DNA of 64,000 nucleotides, taken from positions 1 through 64,000 of IMG/VR virus record IMGVR_UViG_3300009502_000026. One strand, written 5' to 3'. Source of the stretch: a virus. The notes under the pieces are model-generated. The model was not told where the DNA came from, did not search any database, and was given only the letters and a program-made list of their open reading frames with translations. The translations under genes and the position numbers were made by a program. Shown piece by piece: positions 40,712 to 51,166 of this stretch. Position 1 is the first letter of the stretch. The number at the start of each line of letters is the position of its first letter.

Positions 40712-41449
40712 CTAGGTGTACGCAACACCCACCTGTGCAGTGAGTGTTGTCGTATCTGTTGGGCTGCTTCCGGTAGCCTTAGTTGCCACCATTGACAACC
40801 AATAGGTTCCAGGAGACAGAGTGATCAGGGGGACCGTGAACACAGCCCCCGTAGTTGAGGAGATTGTGGTTGGGTAGGGTGGGTCAAGAACACTCAACCC
40901 AGTTGTCCGGTCAATTAGGTCTACCTTCCAACTGCAACCACTTGATACCTGACCAAACCCTTGGAACTCAAGGTACAAGGTCATTCCAACAGGAACCGTG
41001 TACCAGCCTGTTAGAAGAACTGTAGCCCCAGCCTCAACAGATCCCGGGTCCATGGTTGAGAACAACGAACAGATCGGGAGAGGTCCAACACTTCCATCCG
41101 GGCCTGAAGGCCCCCTTGGGCCTGAAGGGCCAGATGGACCCTCTGGACCAGATGGGCCCTCTGTGCCCGACGGTCCGGGACTACCTGAAGGACCCTCCGG
41201 TCCTGGTGGTCCTGATGGCCCACCGGGAGATCCCGAAGGACCCTCTGGTCCTGACACTCCACGGGGACCTGAAGGACCAGAGGGACCTGATGGTCCCAGT
41301 GAACCTGATGGTCCAGGCAATCCTTGAGGCCCTTGACGAGGATAAACAGGTACCCACGAAGTACCATTCCAGACTGGCATCTGACCGGGCAACGCACTCG
41401 GCCAGAGTGTCTCCAGAACTTGGTCTAATCTCCTTCGTAGAACCGACAT
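40712..41449 (-). CDS. Collagen-like fibre protein
   Basis: Shared anchor [29 protein letters not shown] triplets, C-terminal beta domain. Confidence 0.8.
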   Translation of the reverse strand: MSVLRRRLDQVLETLWPSALPGQMPVWNGTSWVPVYPRQGPQGLPGPSGSLGPSGPSGPSGPRGVSGPEGPSGSPGGPSGPPGPEGPSGSPGPSGTEGPSGPEGPSGPSGPRGPSGPDGSVGPLPICSLFSTMDPGSVEAGATVLLTGWYTVPVGMTLYLEFQGFGQVSSGCSWKVDLIDRTTGLSVLDPPYPTTISSTTGAVFTVPLITLSPGTYWLSMVATKATGSSPTDTTTLTAQVGVAYT

Positions 41450-41529
41450 TTGGAACTCTTACCTCACAAGAGCATCAAAGGAATACCGGAGACTAAGCAA
41501 TAAACCTAAACTCCGAAAGACATGAAACT

Positions 41530-42474
41530 CTATGGGGTGGTGTAGGAGACGTTGACGTTTGCAGATGTGTACAGAGTCCCACCCCCAGCAATACTCAAAC
41601 AGAACAGAGCAATACGCCTAGGAGTGATCAACGTGAACGTAGTGATGAATGTAGTAAGAACGTCACTCACTACAGGCCCAGGCACCGCTAGGATATCTCC
41701 TGTATCCACATCCCACAAAGACAAGACGGCCCCCGCAGAATCAGCTACAGTAAGCCTAGCCATGACCTCAATACTGAACTCAGTGGTATAACCTACTTTG
41801 GTGAACCTAGAGGGGTTCACTAAAGTGATATCAGAGACTCTCTTGATAGTGGCAGGTAGTGAAGAATCACCACTACCCAACTCAACAACACTAGGTCCAG
41901 GATACCCTACAGCACCTGTTGGACCGGATGGCCCTAATGGACCTGATGGACCTGATGGACCTGACGGACCAGGATCACCTTGGGGACCCGAGGGACCCGA
42001 AGGTCCAGGGTCGCCTTGAGTGCCTGATGGACCTGAAGGCCCAGGGTCACCTTGCAGTCCAGAAGGTCCCGAAGGTCCTGATGGACCCGAAGGCCCAAGG
42101 TCACCCTGCGGGCCTGACGGGCCTGATGGTCCCGATGGACCTGTACTACCCGTTGGACCCGAAGGACCCGAGGGTCCTGTGGGGCCTGTTAGACCTACGG
42201 GGCCTGATGGACCTGATGGCCCGGAGGGCCCCGAAGGGCCTTGAATACCCTGAATACCTTGGATGCCTTGGATACCCTGGGGTCCGGTAGCTCCCCGCAA
42301 GCCTATACCAACTGGACCTGGAGGACCACTCGGCCCACTTGGTCCACTTGGACCTATGGAACCTGGAGGGGGATACCCGGGTACCCATTGAAAACCATTC
42401 CAGACAGGAACCTGCCCTGGTTGTGGGTTCGGCCAAAGTCTCTCAAGGATTTGAGTCAGGCTATCGGAGGGCAT
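41530..42474 (-). CDS. Collagen-like fibre protein
   Basis: Anchor [18 protein letters not shown]; about 50 GXY triplets; C-domain shared with 37399 and 47804. Confidence 0.85.
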   Translation of the reverse strand: MPSDSLTQILERLWPNPQPGQVPVWNGFQWVPGYPPPGSIGPSGPSGPSGPPGPVGIGLRGATGPQGIQGIQGIQGIQGPSGPSGPSGPSGPVGLTGPTGPSGPSGPTGSTGPSGPSGPSGPQGDLGPSGPSGPSGPSGLQGDPGPSGPSGTQGDPGPSGPSGPQGDPGPSGPSGPSGPLGPSGPTGAVGYPGPSVVELGSGDSSLPATIKRVSDITLVNPSRFTKVGYTTEFSIEVMARLTVADSAGAVLSLWDVDTGDILAVPGPVVSDVLTTFITTFTLITPRRIALFCLSIAGGGTLYTSANVNVSYTTP

Positions 42475-42503
42475 TGGTTCCTACATTCCTCAACCATAAG
42501 ATG

Positions 42504-42995
42504 CTAAGTGAGTTGCCTCACGTAGACAATGGAACCTGCCCTCAAAGCCCCCCCATGCCATTGTAACCCTGTAGGATCAGGTGCATCATTGGCACTCCAG
42601 TCTACAGGTTTACTGTCACTATCCCGAATTGCCGTCATCAGGAAGGTAGAGACAGTTGGGATAAGACCGTCCTGGGGGAGGGCAATAGGTTGTGAGGACA
42701 CCATGAAAAGTGTAGCTTCAACAAAGCTAGTGTCATCCAGAGTAACCGTGTAAGTCCTTACCGGAACGACAAGAACACTAGAGGGTGTACGGTCTGGAAT
42801 TATGACAGGTTTGAGAAGCCCCACATACATCACAGGATCATTAAAACTAGTATCTTCAGGTTCTACAGGATGAGTGACTGTAGGAATCAACTGAACAGCC
42901 GGGGTCAAATTCGGCAGAACAATGTACTTACTCCTGATAGGGAACAGAGGAGCACACGGATTGGTGTCAGGAAGATTGATCCCGTAGTCAGTCAT
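42504..42995 (-). CDS. Small fibre-cassette protein (cassette 2), with internal duplication
   Basis: EDTSF/DDTSF duplicated segment; terminal FLMTA..W..DP.G. Confidence 0.6.
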   Translation of the reverse strand: MTDYGINLPDTNPCAPLFPIRSKYIVLPNLTPAVQLIPTVTHPVEPEDTSFNDPVMYVGLLKPVIIPDRTPSSVLVVPVRTYTVTLDDTSFVEATLFMVSSQPIALPQDGLIPTVSTFLMTAIRDSDSKPVDWSANDAPDPTGLQWHGGALRAGSIVYVRQLT

Positions 42996-43007
42996 CGAAC
43001 CCTCCCG

Positions 43008-44030
43008 TTACGGGGGTGGGAGACAGATAGGTTGTGTGCTGTTCCCAGACCATGGGAGGATGACCTTATTGAAAACCACCCAGTCCATGATTGGTGGGGG
43101 AGTCAGGTCTGTGGAAAGAGCCGTTCCAGAAGCGAACAGAGGAGCATTCCACATCACCGATGCAAGCACTCCCTTGGTACAACTGTAGGAGTAGACAGTA
43201 GACCGAAGAAGAGTCACCTTCAAGGGATTGTACATCCCATGAACATCAGGTCCAGTAGCCTGATCACTAGCAGGAACACTGAGACTGTTTGCATTCCCAC
43301 TGAAGGGCAACATTCTCCAGTTGCCTCTAGCAGCAATGGTCTTATCAATCCAACCGCTACCTGTCCAAGAGTCTGTACCACAACAAGAGGCATAACCCCC
43401 AGGTCCACCATAAGGAGTATCAGTACCCTGGGATAGAGTGTAGTAGGGGTCAATGTCATCTGCCCTGGAGATGTTCACCTTTGCCAACATCAGGAGAACT
43501 AGGTTCTCCCAAGCTGTACCCCACAGGAACATGTAGAAGTCCTGGATGTCACTACCTGCCTTGTCAAATGCAATCAGGTTAGCTACATACGTCCCGTTGG
43601 CAGGGAAGACAACATGGTATTCTGAAACCCAACCGGGAGGGCCAGACTCTCCATTTACATCTCTCACACAGAAGGGCCGAGCATCCTCTGGTTGGTCCGG
43701 GAGAGAACCATCTCCAGCGGTGTAGCCGAGGGACTTCCAACCTTCAGTGGTGTACCAGACTTTCCAGACGTTGCTACCCTGGTTGAAGAAGCACACCCCA
43801 CGGGACAATCCATCAGTACCCTGTTGGATCTCCACGTATGCGTATTGGCTCTGGAGGGAATCTGCCATGAAGCCAGCCCCACCTTCAATTCTTCCTCCAG
43901 GAGTCCCAGGAGTCCCATCTGACCAAGCACAGATAGTGTAGCTACAGTTGGCAACTAGATATAGAACTACCTGTTCAAACCAACCATGGTCGGTGGCAGG
44001 GAACTGATTGATTAGACTATGCTGTGCCAT
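43008..44030 (-). CDS. ~340-aa fibre-associated paralog (cassette 2)
   Basis: INQFPAT, GLSRGV, QDFYMFLW, TKG, ILPWSG; close paralog of 44040. Confidence 0.75.
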   Translation of the reverse strand: MAQHSLINQFPATDHGWFEQVVLYLVANCSYTICAWSDGTPGTPGGRIEGGAGFMADSLQSQYAYVEIQQGTDGLSRGVCFFNQGSNVWKVWYTTEGWKSLGYTAGDGSLPDQPEDARPFCVRDVNGESGPPGWVSEYHVVFPANGTYVANLIAFDKAGSDIQDFYMFLWGTAWENLVLLMLAKVNISRADDIDPYYTLSQGTDTPYGGPGGYASCCGTDSWTGSGWIDKTIAARGNWRMLPFSGNANSLSVPASDQATGPDVHGMYNPLKVTLLRSTVYSYSCTKGVLASVMWNAPLFASGTALSTDLTPPPIMDWVVFNKVILPWSGNSTQPICLPPP

Positions 44031-44039
44031 GACAGACTC

Positions 44040-45074
44040 CTAGACCGGGTTCCGGCAGAGAGGTTGAGTTCCATCTTCCCAAGGGAATACCAGACGACCC
44101 TGGACTACATAGTCCCTGGAAGGAGGGGGTCCGAGGGTTGTAGAGAAAGATGTACCTGTGCCGAAGTTGGTGGCATTCCAGTACATATTCTTGAGAGACC
44201 CCTTGGGGAGGTTAGGGTAGTTACTATCACCGTTACGTCCAATCAAAATTCTTGAAGGGTGATATCTACCATGGGCATCTTGTGTGTAACCACATCCAGG
44301 ATTACCAATAGCCCCATTACTCCATGTTGTATTAGGGGCAAAGTAAGCTGATCGGTATGTACCATTGTTGATAGGATTGTTCCTATTGAACCATGCAGAC
44401 CCAGTATGCCATTCATTCTCACCCGTAAGATTCAACATAGAATCAAGACCGTAAGAAGTATCAACCCCAAGGTGCATGGGATAATACGGATCAACGTCGT
44501 CAGCTAGAGCAATGTTGATCCTTGCCAACATCAGGAAACCTTGGGAAGACCAATTTATGTTCCACAGGAACATGTAGAAGTCCTGTGTGTCCCCCCCGGC
44601 TGTGTCATAACCAATGATGCTAGCTGTATAGGTGTTGTCCCCAGGCATCGTATAATTTCTCTCATTAGTGTATGCAGGAGGGGGTGCATCCACATTCCAA
44701 GAAGTCATGTTGAAGGGTCGGCAATCATTGGGTGCATCCGGTACGTTGTAGGTACCCAAGCCACCCCCCGTACTGTTCCAACCACTCACTGTGTATCGAA
44801 CTACCCAGTAGTGAGAGGCATTACTGATGTTCTGGAAGAGCACCCCACGAGAAAGACCTCCAGGGCTCTGTTGAAGCTCAACGTAAGCACCTTCAGTACT
44901 GAGGTCTCCTACAACCACCCCTCCCAGGATACGTCCATGGGGAGGTACAGCATCAATCCCATCACTCTGGGCAAAGATGGAGTACCCACAGTTATCCACG
45001 AGGAACTGAGCTACCGTTCTCATCCAACCTACGTTGGTTGCTGGGAACTGATTGACTAGTGTGTGCTTTGCCAT
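44040..45074 (-). CDS. ~340-aa fibre-associated paralog (cassette 2)
   Basis: VNQFPAT, GLSRGV, QDFYMFLW, PKG, VFPWED. Confidence 0.75.
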   Translation of the reverse strand: MAKHTLVNQFPATNVGWMRTVAQFLVDNCGYSIFAQSDGIDAVPPHGRILGGVVVGDLSTEGAYVELQQSPGGLSRGVLFQNISNASHYWVVRYTVSGWNSTGGGLGTYNVPDAPNDCRPFNMTSWNVDAPPPAYTNERNYTMPGDNTYTASIIGYDTAGGDTQDFYMFLWNINWSSQGFLMLARINIALADDVDPYYPMHLGVDTSYGLDSMLNLTGENEWHTGSAWFNRNNPINNGTYRSAYFAPNTTWSNGAIGNPGCGYTQDAHGRYHPSRILIGRNGDSNYPNLPKGSLKNMYWNATNFGTGTSFSTTLGPPPSRDYVVQGRLVFPWEDGTQPLCRNPV

Positions 45075-45084
45075 CGAAATCTCC

Positions 45085-46185
45085 CTATGGGATCAGCCCG
45101 AAATCAACATGAACCTCTGCCGAAACAAACACCCTATCCGCCGATGTGCTCCCACCAGACAATGACCTAGAAATAAGCACCATCCTCTTGGAACTATGAG
45201 AAGCTGGGGGGTCAATGAAACTACGGTTGAGGTTTACTATGTACAAAGTGGGTGTGGTAGCCGACGTAGTTATGGGACTAACGGAGAGAAGAGACGTTGA
45301 AGGGTCTTCAGGTCTCACAAGGTCCAGGGTTGCATCAGTCAGAGTGCCTGTGATGTAAGCTATCATCCTAAGAGTCAGTACAATTCGATATCCAAAAGGA
45401 GGGATATAGTCATCTAGGGTAATCAAAGGAGAATACCCTAGCTGGGTAGTACCATTGAAAGAGGTATCCCCAGAACCCATGGAGATAGAAGTAGGCCCCT
45501 GAAAACCTCTTGGTCCAGAAGGTCCTAATTCACCTTGAGGACCGGATGGCCCTAATGGACCGGATGGACCCGAAGGCCCAAGGTTACCTTGTGGACCAGA
45601 TGGACCCAAGGGGCCTGAAGGACCGGATGGACCCGAGGGTCCTATAGTCCCCTGCGGGCCTGATGGTCCTGACGGGCCCAAAGGCCCAGATGTACCTTGA
45701 GGGCCTGATGGTCCCGAAGGTCCAGTTGGACCTGATGTGCCTGGATTACCTTGTGGACCTGAAACACCTTGGGGACCGGAAGGGCCTGTAGGCCCCGAGG
45801 GACCGGGATAACCTCTTGGACCTGATGGACCTGACGGACCTGACGGACCTAATGGTCCTGACGGGCCAGGATCACCTTGAGGGCCTGATGGTCCAGAAGA
45901 TCCTATTCCCCGTGGACCTCTTGGCCCTGTAGGTCCTTCAATTCCTTGGATACCTTGAATACCCTGCGGTCCAGAAGGACCAGAGACACCTGGGTCACCT
46001 TGAATACCCTGTGGACCACTTGGACCCAAAGGCCCACTAGGTCCAATTGGACCTGTCGGTCCCGAGGAACCTCCAGGATATGCCGGAACCCATGCAGTCC
46101 CATCCCATATTGGAATCTGACCGGGTAACGCATTCGGCCAGATTGTTTCCAAAATCTGGTCTAGCTGTCTCCGTAGGACCGACAT
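45085..46185 (-). CDS. Collagen-like fibre protein
   Basis: Anchor [25 protein letters not shown]; about 60 GXY triplets (GPS-rich); C-domain begins SMGSGDT. Confidence 0.85.
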   Translation of the reverse strand: MSVLRRQLDQILETIWPNALPGQIPIWDGTAWVPAYPGGSSGPTGPIGPSGPLGPSGPQGIQGDPGVSGPSGPQGIQGIQGIEGPTGPRGPRGIGSSGPSGPQGDPGPSGPLGPSGPSGPSGPRGYPGPSGPTGPSGPQGVSGPQGNPGTSGPTGPSGPSGPQGTSGPLGPSGPSGPQGTIGPSGPSGPSGPLGPSGPQGNLGPSGPSGPLGPSGPQGELGPSGPRGFQGPTSISMGSGDTSFNGTTQLGYSPLITLDDYIPPFGYRIVLTLRMIAYITGTLTDATLDLVRPEDPSTSLLSVSPITTSATTPTLYIVNLNRSFIDPPASHSSKRMVLISRSLSGGSTSADRVFVSAEVHVDFGLIP

Positions 46186-46208
46186 TAGGACTCCTACTCC
46201 ACGAGTTG

Positions 46209-46223
46209 ATCGGGGAACTATCG
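46209..46223 (-). promoter_or_regulatory. Putative late promoter CGAT-N7-CGAT
   Basis: CGATAGTTCCCCGAT upstream of cassette 2. Confidence 0.45.
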
Positions 46224-46466
46224 TTACAGGTGAGTGAGTGACTTCATGGATCGAATTTCATCCACGAAACTCAAAGCACTTACCTTAGCTACCCGATTGA
46301 AGTAGTCCCGTTTCAAGTCCTTGATGGAATCAATCTTCTCGAAACAGAAGTATACCCTATCTCCTTCTCGGACTGTCTCCTTGAATGGAACTCCTGCTAC
46401 CTTGAGGTATGCAGCGTAGTAAAGGTCTGAAGTCTTGTAAAAGGAGTCATCAAAGGGAGAAGCCAT
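46224..46466 (-). CDS. DUF5659-like small protein
   Basis: [13 protein letters not shown]...RVYF.F...Y pattern. Confidence 0.6.
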   Translation of the reverse strand: MASPFDDSFYKTSDLYYAAYLKVAGVPFKETVREGDRVYFCFEKIDSIKDLKRDYFNRVAKVSALSFVDEIRSMKSLTHL

Positions 46467-46541
46467 GTCTGGACCTATGCTCCTCTGAATACTACCCAGT
46501 TTATTACTGAGTAGGGTAGGTTCAGAGAAGACATTAGGATT

Positions 46542-46775
46542 TCAGTTGGCACGCCAGAAGATAGTGATGCCAATAGGTTTTGGGGTGCCCCCTGTAGGGT
46601 CAGTGGATGTCCATGCCTTGAAGCCCACAGTCAGTCCTGAGCCTTCCCAACGATAGGTGACAGTAGGACCACTTGACGGAAAAGCACCCTGGAATGATGT
46701 CAGCATACGGGTGCTTGGCACCATTCCAGGCAGTACTGGAGGGGAGACAATTGGTTCCATGTAAAAATCAGACAT
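46542..46775 (-). CDS. Small fibre-cassette protein (cassette 1)
   Basis: VTYRWEG..WTST..P.GIT.FWRA; paralog of 36135. Confidence 0.7.
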   Translation of the reverse strand: MSDFYMEPIVSPPVLPGMVPSTRMLTSFQGAFPSSGPTVTYRWEGSGLTVGFKAWTSTDPTGGTPKPIGITIFWRAN

Positions 46776-46783
46776 ACTATCTC

Positions 46784-47770
46784 CTACGGGGTTGCCAGGG
46801 GAGCCGTGGTGTCACCAGTCCAGGGCATGATGAATTCGCTGAAGCACACCCCGATCTTATTGGCAGTCCCCAAGGCTACTAGAGGCTGCCCAGTACCAAT
46901 CACATTTACGTTTGGATTGATACCCACGTTGGGGATATACCCCTTGGTCTCTGTATCATTGATAACACCGGAACCACCATAGTTATAGGGTCTGGCTAGA
47001 TGAACCGAAGGGGGATGGTAAGCTCCATTCACGTCCGCTCCGAACCATGTTCCGGCGAACATGTCCTGGTTTTGAGTAATATAGAATTGTGTCGTGATGG
47101 TTCGATAGTTACCTCCAACAACCTTCCTCCCACACCATCCCGTAAAACAGAGGGTAGGAGTGTAGAACATGTCCGATGAACCCGTACTTTCGGCACGGGC
47201 ACAATTAGTCCCAGTTGCCATCCGGTACACAAATGGTTCCGAATCATTAGAACGCTCGATCACAACGGCAAACATCCCAAACATGAAATGGGGGTTCCAC
47301 GAGGTACCCCAAGCGAAAGACATGAATCTCCCATCAGTGGAATCCACGAAAGCGTGACAGGCACTTGTACCATCTGCCGGGAATGCCATTGCCACAACAG
47401 GAGTGTCAGCATTATAGATATTGAGTGTAAAGGACTTTGCTAAAGTGTCCACACCCATACCCGGTGTGGTAATGGTTTCAGTTATACCATCCCATCCCTT
47501 AATGGCATTGAGCATCTTCCATGCAGTAGGGGAAACAGCATTGGTACACCAAAATGCAACCCCACGAGAGGACACCGTATGTGTCAATTCCACCCAGGCA
47601 TTTGTGTGTGCTAGGGTTCCCGATGGAAGGGGTCCACCAGTATATTTACTAGTACCATCCGAATAATATGATACTTCATACCCCCCAGACGTGACTAGGA
47701 GACCAACCACAGTCTCCATCCACTCAGGAATCGTTGAGGGAAACTGATTGACTAGGTACACCTGAGACAT
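46784..47770 (-). CDS. ~330-aa fibre-associated paralog (cassette 1)
   Basis: VNQFPST, SRGV, TKG, IMPWTG. Confidence 0.75.
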   Translation of the reverse strand: MSQVYLVNQFPSTIPEWMETVVGLLVTSGGYEVSYYSDGTSKYTGGPLPSGTLAHTNAWVELTHTVSSRGVAFWCTNAVSPTAWKMLNAIKGWDGITETITTPGMGVDTLAKSFTLNIYNADTPVVAMAFPADGTSACHAFVDSTDGRFMSFAWGTSWNPHFMFGMFAVVIERSNDSEPFVYRMATGTNCARAESTGSSDMFYTPTLCFTGWCGRKVVGGNYRTITTQFYITQNQDMFAGTWFGADVNGAYHPPSVHLARPYNYGGSGVINDTETKGYIPNVGINPNVNVIGTGQPLVALGTANKIGVCFSEFIMPWTGDTTAPLATP

Positions 47771-47803
47771 GGCTTGACCTACCCCTCACTATGGGTGTTA
47801 CTA

Positions 47804-49441
47804 TTAGGTGTAAGTAACCTTGACGTTGGCTGAAGAGTAGAGAGTACCACCACCAGCAATTGACACACAGAACAGGGCAATACGCCGAATGGCAGCAACA
47901 GCAAACGTAGCTGTGAAAGTTGTAAGTGCAACTCCCAACACGGGACCCGGAGCAGCAAGAGGGGCCAATGTATCTACATCCATTAGAGACAATACTGCCC
48001 CAGCCGGGTCCGCTACGTCTAGTTTAGCAAATACCTCCAAAGTAAAGACAGGGGTGAAACCTACCTTAGAGAACTGGGCAGGATCAATCAAGAGAATGTT
48101 AGATACCCTAGTCAAAAGTGCCGGGGCTGCACTATCCCCACTACCTAGATCAAGGACACTAAATCCCGGATCGACAGGAGCACTAGAGGGGCCAGAAGGA
48201 CCCAGGAAGAGAATCTTACATAGGGTTCCAACACCCCCCCAAGTTTCAACCGAGTAACCTACAACAACTACAGAGTTAGTAGCACCCGGAGGGGCCGTAG
48301 CTGTAACCGTGCCTGCCGTTGTGGCAGACATATAGAGCTTTGTACCAGGAAGAATTGCTCCATGCCCTGCTTCAATTGCTACAGAGCACATAGTCCCTGC
48401 CATTGCAACCTTGTCAATGCAAGGAGAAGAAGCTACACACGTTGCTGTGATCAGAATACCCGCACAATTCTGACCAGGGGCTGTTGCATTAGACAAAGCA
48501 ATCCTGCCAACACCTACAAGATCAAGGAGACTGACAACACTCCCAACTGCCATTGGAGTATCAGACATAACAGAGAAGTTGGCAGACATGGTATCACCCT
48601 TGAGATGGGTTTTACCACCATTCCCGTCCACCACAACCCCAGTACCCGTCAGAGTGCCTACCCCTGAAGTTCCATCTACGGTGGCTGCTACACCAGAGAC
48701 CGAAGCGAGACCCGCAGTTCCCGTCAACGAGGCTGTGGAAGCTCCGGTTACCGAGACACTGTTTCCGGTGGATGTAACCGAGATGGGCTGGACAGACTGC
48801 ATCGTGAGGGATGTACCCCCCGTGTGATTGATCAGTGCAACAGCCGCACTGAGAACCAAAGATCCTGCCCCACTAAGGGTCATGTCACTAGCAAAGATAG
48901 GGACATCTGCCCCTACCGTTATATCATCTGCCCCGGTGTTGTAGGCAAACCTGAACCCAGTTGCTTCCTGCCAGAAACAACCCGCTGTATCCCTAGCAAC
49001 ACCAGCAATATCTCCACGATGAATGGAGAAGCCAGTAATCAGAGCCGGAACAGGAGTTCCAGGACCCGCTGCCCAATTGAAGTGGACTACTCGATCAGCA
49101 ATGTCTACAACCGTAGAGTTTACGGTAGTAGTTGTGCCATTGACAGTAAGATCACCTGTAATGGTGACCTTACCAGAACCCAGGAATTCATAGGTTGGAT
49201 TGTCTACACCATTACCGAAGCTGATCTTCTGAGCAGCCGGTGTCAAGTCAATATGAAAATAGGGCTTGACCCCTCCAGAGAAGATGTAGAAGGAGTTAGC
49301 CAGACCAACTCCAGTCATGTTGAAGTAAATCTGGTCAAACGTCATGCCGAACAGAGGACCAGAATCCACCGGAGCAAGAGTCCCAAGAGCGGAACCACCA
49401 GGGAACCTACCAGCGAGGAGTTGTTCTACGGACGTGGACAT
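47804..49441 (-). CDS. Fibre/decoration protein (545 aa)
   Basis: ITGDLTVNGTTTTVNS fibre motif, LYMS..AGTVTATAP module, vestigial GPSGPS, then C-domain shared with the collagen genes. Confidence 0.7.
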   Translation of the reverse strand: MSTSVEQLLAGRFPGGSALGTLAPVDSGPLFGMTFDQIYFNMTGVGLANSFYIFSGGVKPYFHIDLTPAAQKISFGNGVDNPTYEFLGSGKVTITGDLTVNGTTTTVNSTVVDIADRVVHFNWAAGPGTPVPALITGFSIHRGDIAGVARDTAGCFWQEATGFRFAYNTGADDITVGADVPIFASDMTLSGAGSLVLSAAVALINHTGGTSLTMQSVQPISVTSTGNSVSVTGASTASLTGTAGLASVSGVAATVDGTSGVGTLTGTGVVVDGNGGKTHLKGDTMSANFSVMSDTPMAVGSVVSLLDLVGVGRIALSNATAPGQNCAGILITATCVASSPCIDKVAMAGTMCSVAIEAGHGAILPGTKLYMSATTAGTVTATAPPGATNSVVVVGYSVETWGGVGTLCKILFLGPSGPSSAPVDPGFSVLDLGSGDSAAPALLTRVSNILLIDPAQFSKVGFTPVFTLEVFAKLDVADPAGAVLSLMDVDTLAPLAAPGPVLGVALTTFTATFAVAAIRRIALFCVSIAGGGTLYSSANVKVTYT

Positions 49442-49604
49442 TGCAGGGACTCCCTTTCAGGATGTTGCTCAGGTGTCAATCTAACTGAGAGGATCAAATA
49501 GCTATTGAACCAAAGCACCCCTGTATGAATACAGGAGAGTGCCTTCTTGGGGCAATTTGCCCACGTTTAGGTTAGATTATGAGGGAGAGAAGAGGAGAAA
49601 CTAG

Positions 49605-50306
49605 TTACGGAAGGAGAGCGCCCGTGTTGTCATACACGGTGATTGCCGCACCAGCCGTATTCCGGTAGGTGAAAGTAGCCTGGAGAAGTCCGAAGATGTT
49701 GCCCTCTGCATAGCTGATGTAGAACGAGGAGTCAGCCGTGAGGATGTCCTTGAACTTCCGGTAATCGAACCTGGAAGCATTCGTGACAGCCGGGGTTACC
49801 ATCGGAATGAATGCAGCAGCAACACGCACCTGATAATTGTTGGGGCAAGTGTAGATCGCCCCAGCACAGATACGGAGAACGTCAATCACCGTACCGGACG
49901 AGTTTCCAGCACCCGTCAGGACCGTTCCACCGTTCACTCCAGGCTGTGCCTGAATGACCGTATTGATGTCACCAACAGCAAGAGACGACCCTGCACGCAT
50001 CCGAGCAATGATGCCCAGTGCCGCACCATTCGCCTGTGCAGCCGTCAGAGACGGGGTACCCGCACCCTGGTCTTCTACGTTACTGATGAGATACGCTGCG
50101 AGTCCACGGGTCACACCCTGGACGTACAGAGTTCCCGCACCACCAACACGGGTAACAACGATGTCCCCAACCGGAGCGTTGACGTACCGAGGGCCCTGGG
50201 GATGGGGCTCATTCGGGACATTGTACTGGGACTTGTTCGGCCAGAGATCCTTGATCTGGAGGATCGAATCAGGGATGTCAGTCCTACGCTTGCACACGAA
50301 CGGCAT
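49605..50306 (-). CDS. Putative structural protein
   Basis: 233 aa, Ala/Gly/Thr-rich; SD GAGG; late motif at 50374-50388. Confidence 0.55.
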   Translation of the reverse strand: MPFVCKRRTDIPDSILQIKDLWPNKSQYNVPNEPHPQGPRYVNAPVGDIVVTRVGGAGTLYVQGVTRGLAAYLISNVEDQGAGTPSLTAAQANGAALGIIARMRAGSSLAVGDINTVIQAQPGVNGGTVLTGAGNSSGTVIDVLRICAGAIYTCPNNYQVRVAAAFIPMVTPAVTNASRFDYRKFKDILTADSSFYISYAEGNIFGLLQATFTYRNTAGAAITVYDNTGALLP

Positions 50307-50373
50307 GGGAAACCTCTCTTCTTAGGGACCTAGGTGATGAAGTAAGTGGGAGTCTACAATCTTATAGAGGATA

Positions 50374-50388
50374 ATAGGAACTCCACCG
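50374..50388 (-). promoter_or_regulatory. Putative late promoter CGGT-N7-CTAT
   Basis: CGGTGGAGTTCCTAT. Confidence 0.55.
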
Positions 50389-50395
50389 AAACAAA

Positions 50396-51160
50396 TTACG
50401 GGGAGTGGTTCACGATTGTAATGAGTGCTGTGAAGGGAGGGTTACCTCCGTCCGCTGCCAGATTGATTTCTGGGGGACATGACCCCGTTATCTGGATATT
50501 CTCTCCAGGCATAATGATAGTCGGAGGCATACCAAGGTTGAAGCTCATGTAGATAGGTGTTCCACGGGGAGTATCTATGTTGAAGAACTGAAGGGTACAG
50601 GCAAACGCTGGAAGCTGGAGACTCATCACCCCTGTAGTATCCAGCGTATCCGGGTATACACCAGCAGCATATCCCCAAGCTAGGTTAGGAACTACTCCAG
50701 TAACCGTGAACACAGGGGCCGAAGTCACATAGAAGTCCGGGGGTGCAATCACCGTGATTGGACCTTCGGCTTCATACAGACCCGTAGACTTGTTGAAGGG
50801 TCGGATACGAACGTACTGGACATTCTTGTCCGGTGGAAGAGAGCTTGCCACACCTGGATTACTGGCAGTCGTGAACTCATCCGGGTCATAGACAAATCGG
50901 GTGAGGTTCCGGTCATTTTCTCCCGGAAGCATGTTCCGTTTGGAAATCAGGTTCTTGGAAATCCAAAAGTTATTGACAGTATCTTCGTGGATTAGAAGGG
51001 TCCCAAACCCAGGCACCCCGAACCCTGCCCCATAGGCATCATTCAGACAAGATGCTCCCCGAAGCTGCAACTGGCTAATGTTTGCACGGGTGGGAATCGT
51101 GAGGTTGATCAGGTTCTCAGACCTGTACTGAACACTGGGAACATCTCTCGGACGTGACAT
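50396..51160 (-). CDS. Putative structural protein
   Basis: 254 aa, beta-rich, in operon context. Confidence 0.55.
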   Translation of the reverse strand: MSRPRDVPSVQYRSENLINLTIPTRANISQLQLRGASCLNDAYGAGFGVPGFGTLLIHEDTVNNFWISKNLISKRNMLPGENDRNLTRFVYDPDEFTTASNPGVASSLPPDKNVQYVRIRPFNKSTGLYEAEGPITVIAPPDFYVTSAPVFTVTGVVPNLAWGYAAGVYPDTLDTTGVMSLQLPAFACTLQFFNIDTPRGTPIYMSFNLGMPPTIIMPGENIQITGSCPPEINLAADGGNPPFTALITIVNHSP

Positions 51161-51166
51161 GGGCTT

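Noticed and set aside
36135-49441. Diversity-generating retroelement acting on the fibre paralogs
   Set aside because: No reverse transcriptase in the window and no near-identical TR/VR pair differing at adenines was seen; the paralogs diverge throughout.
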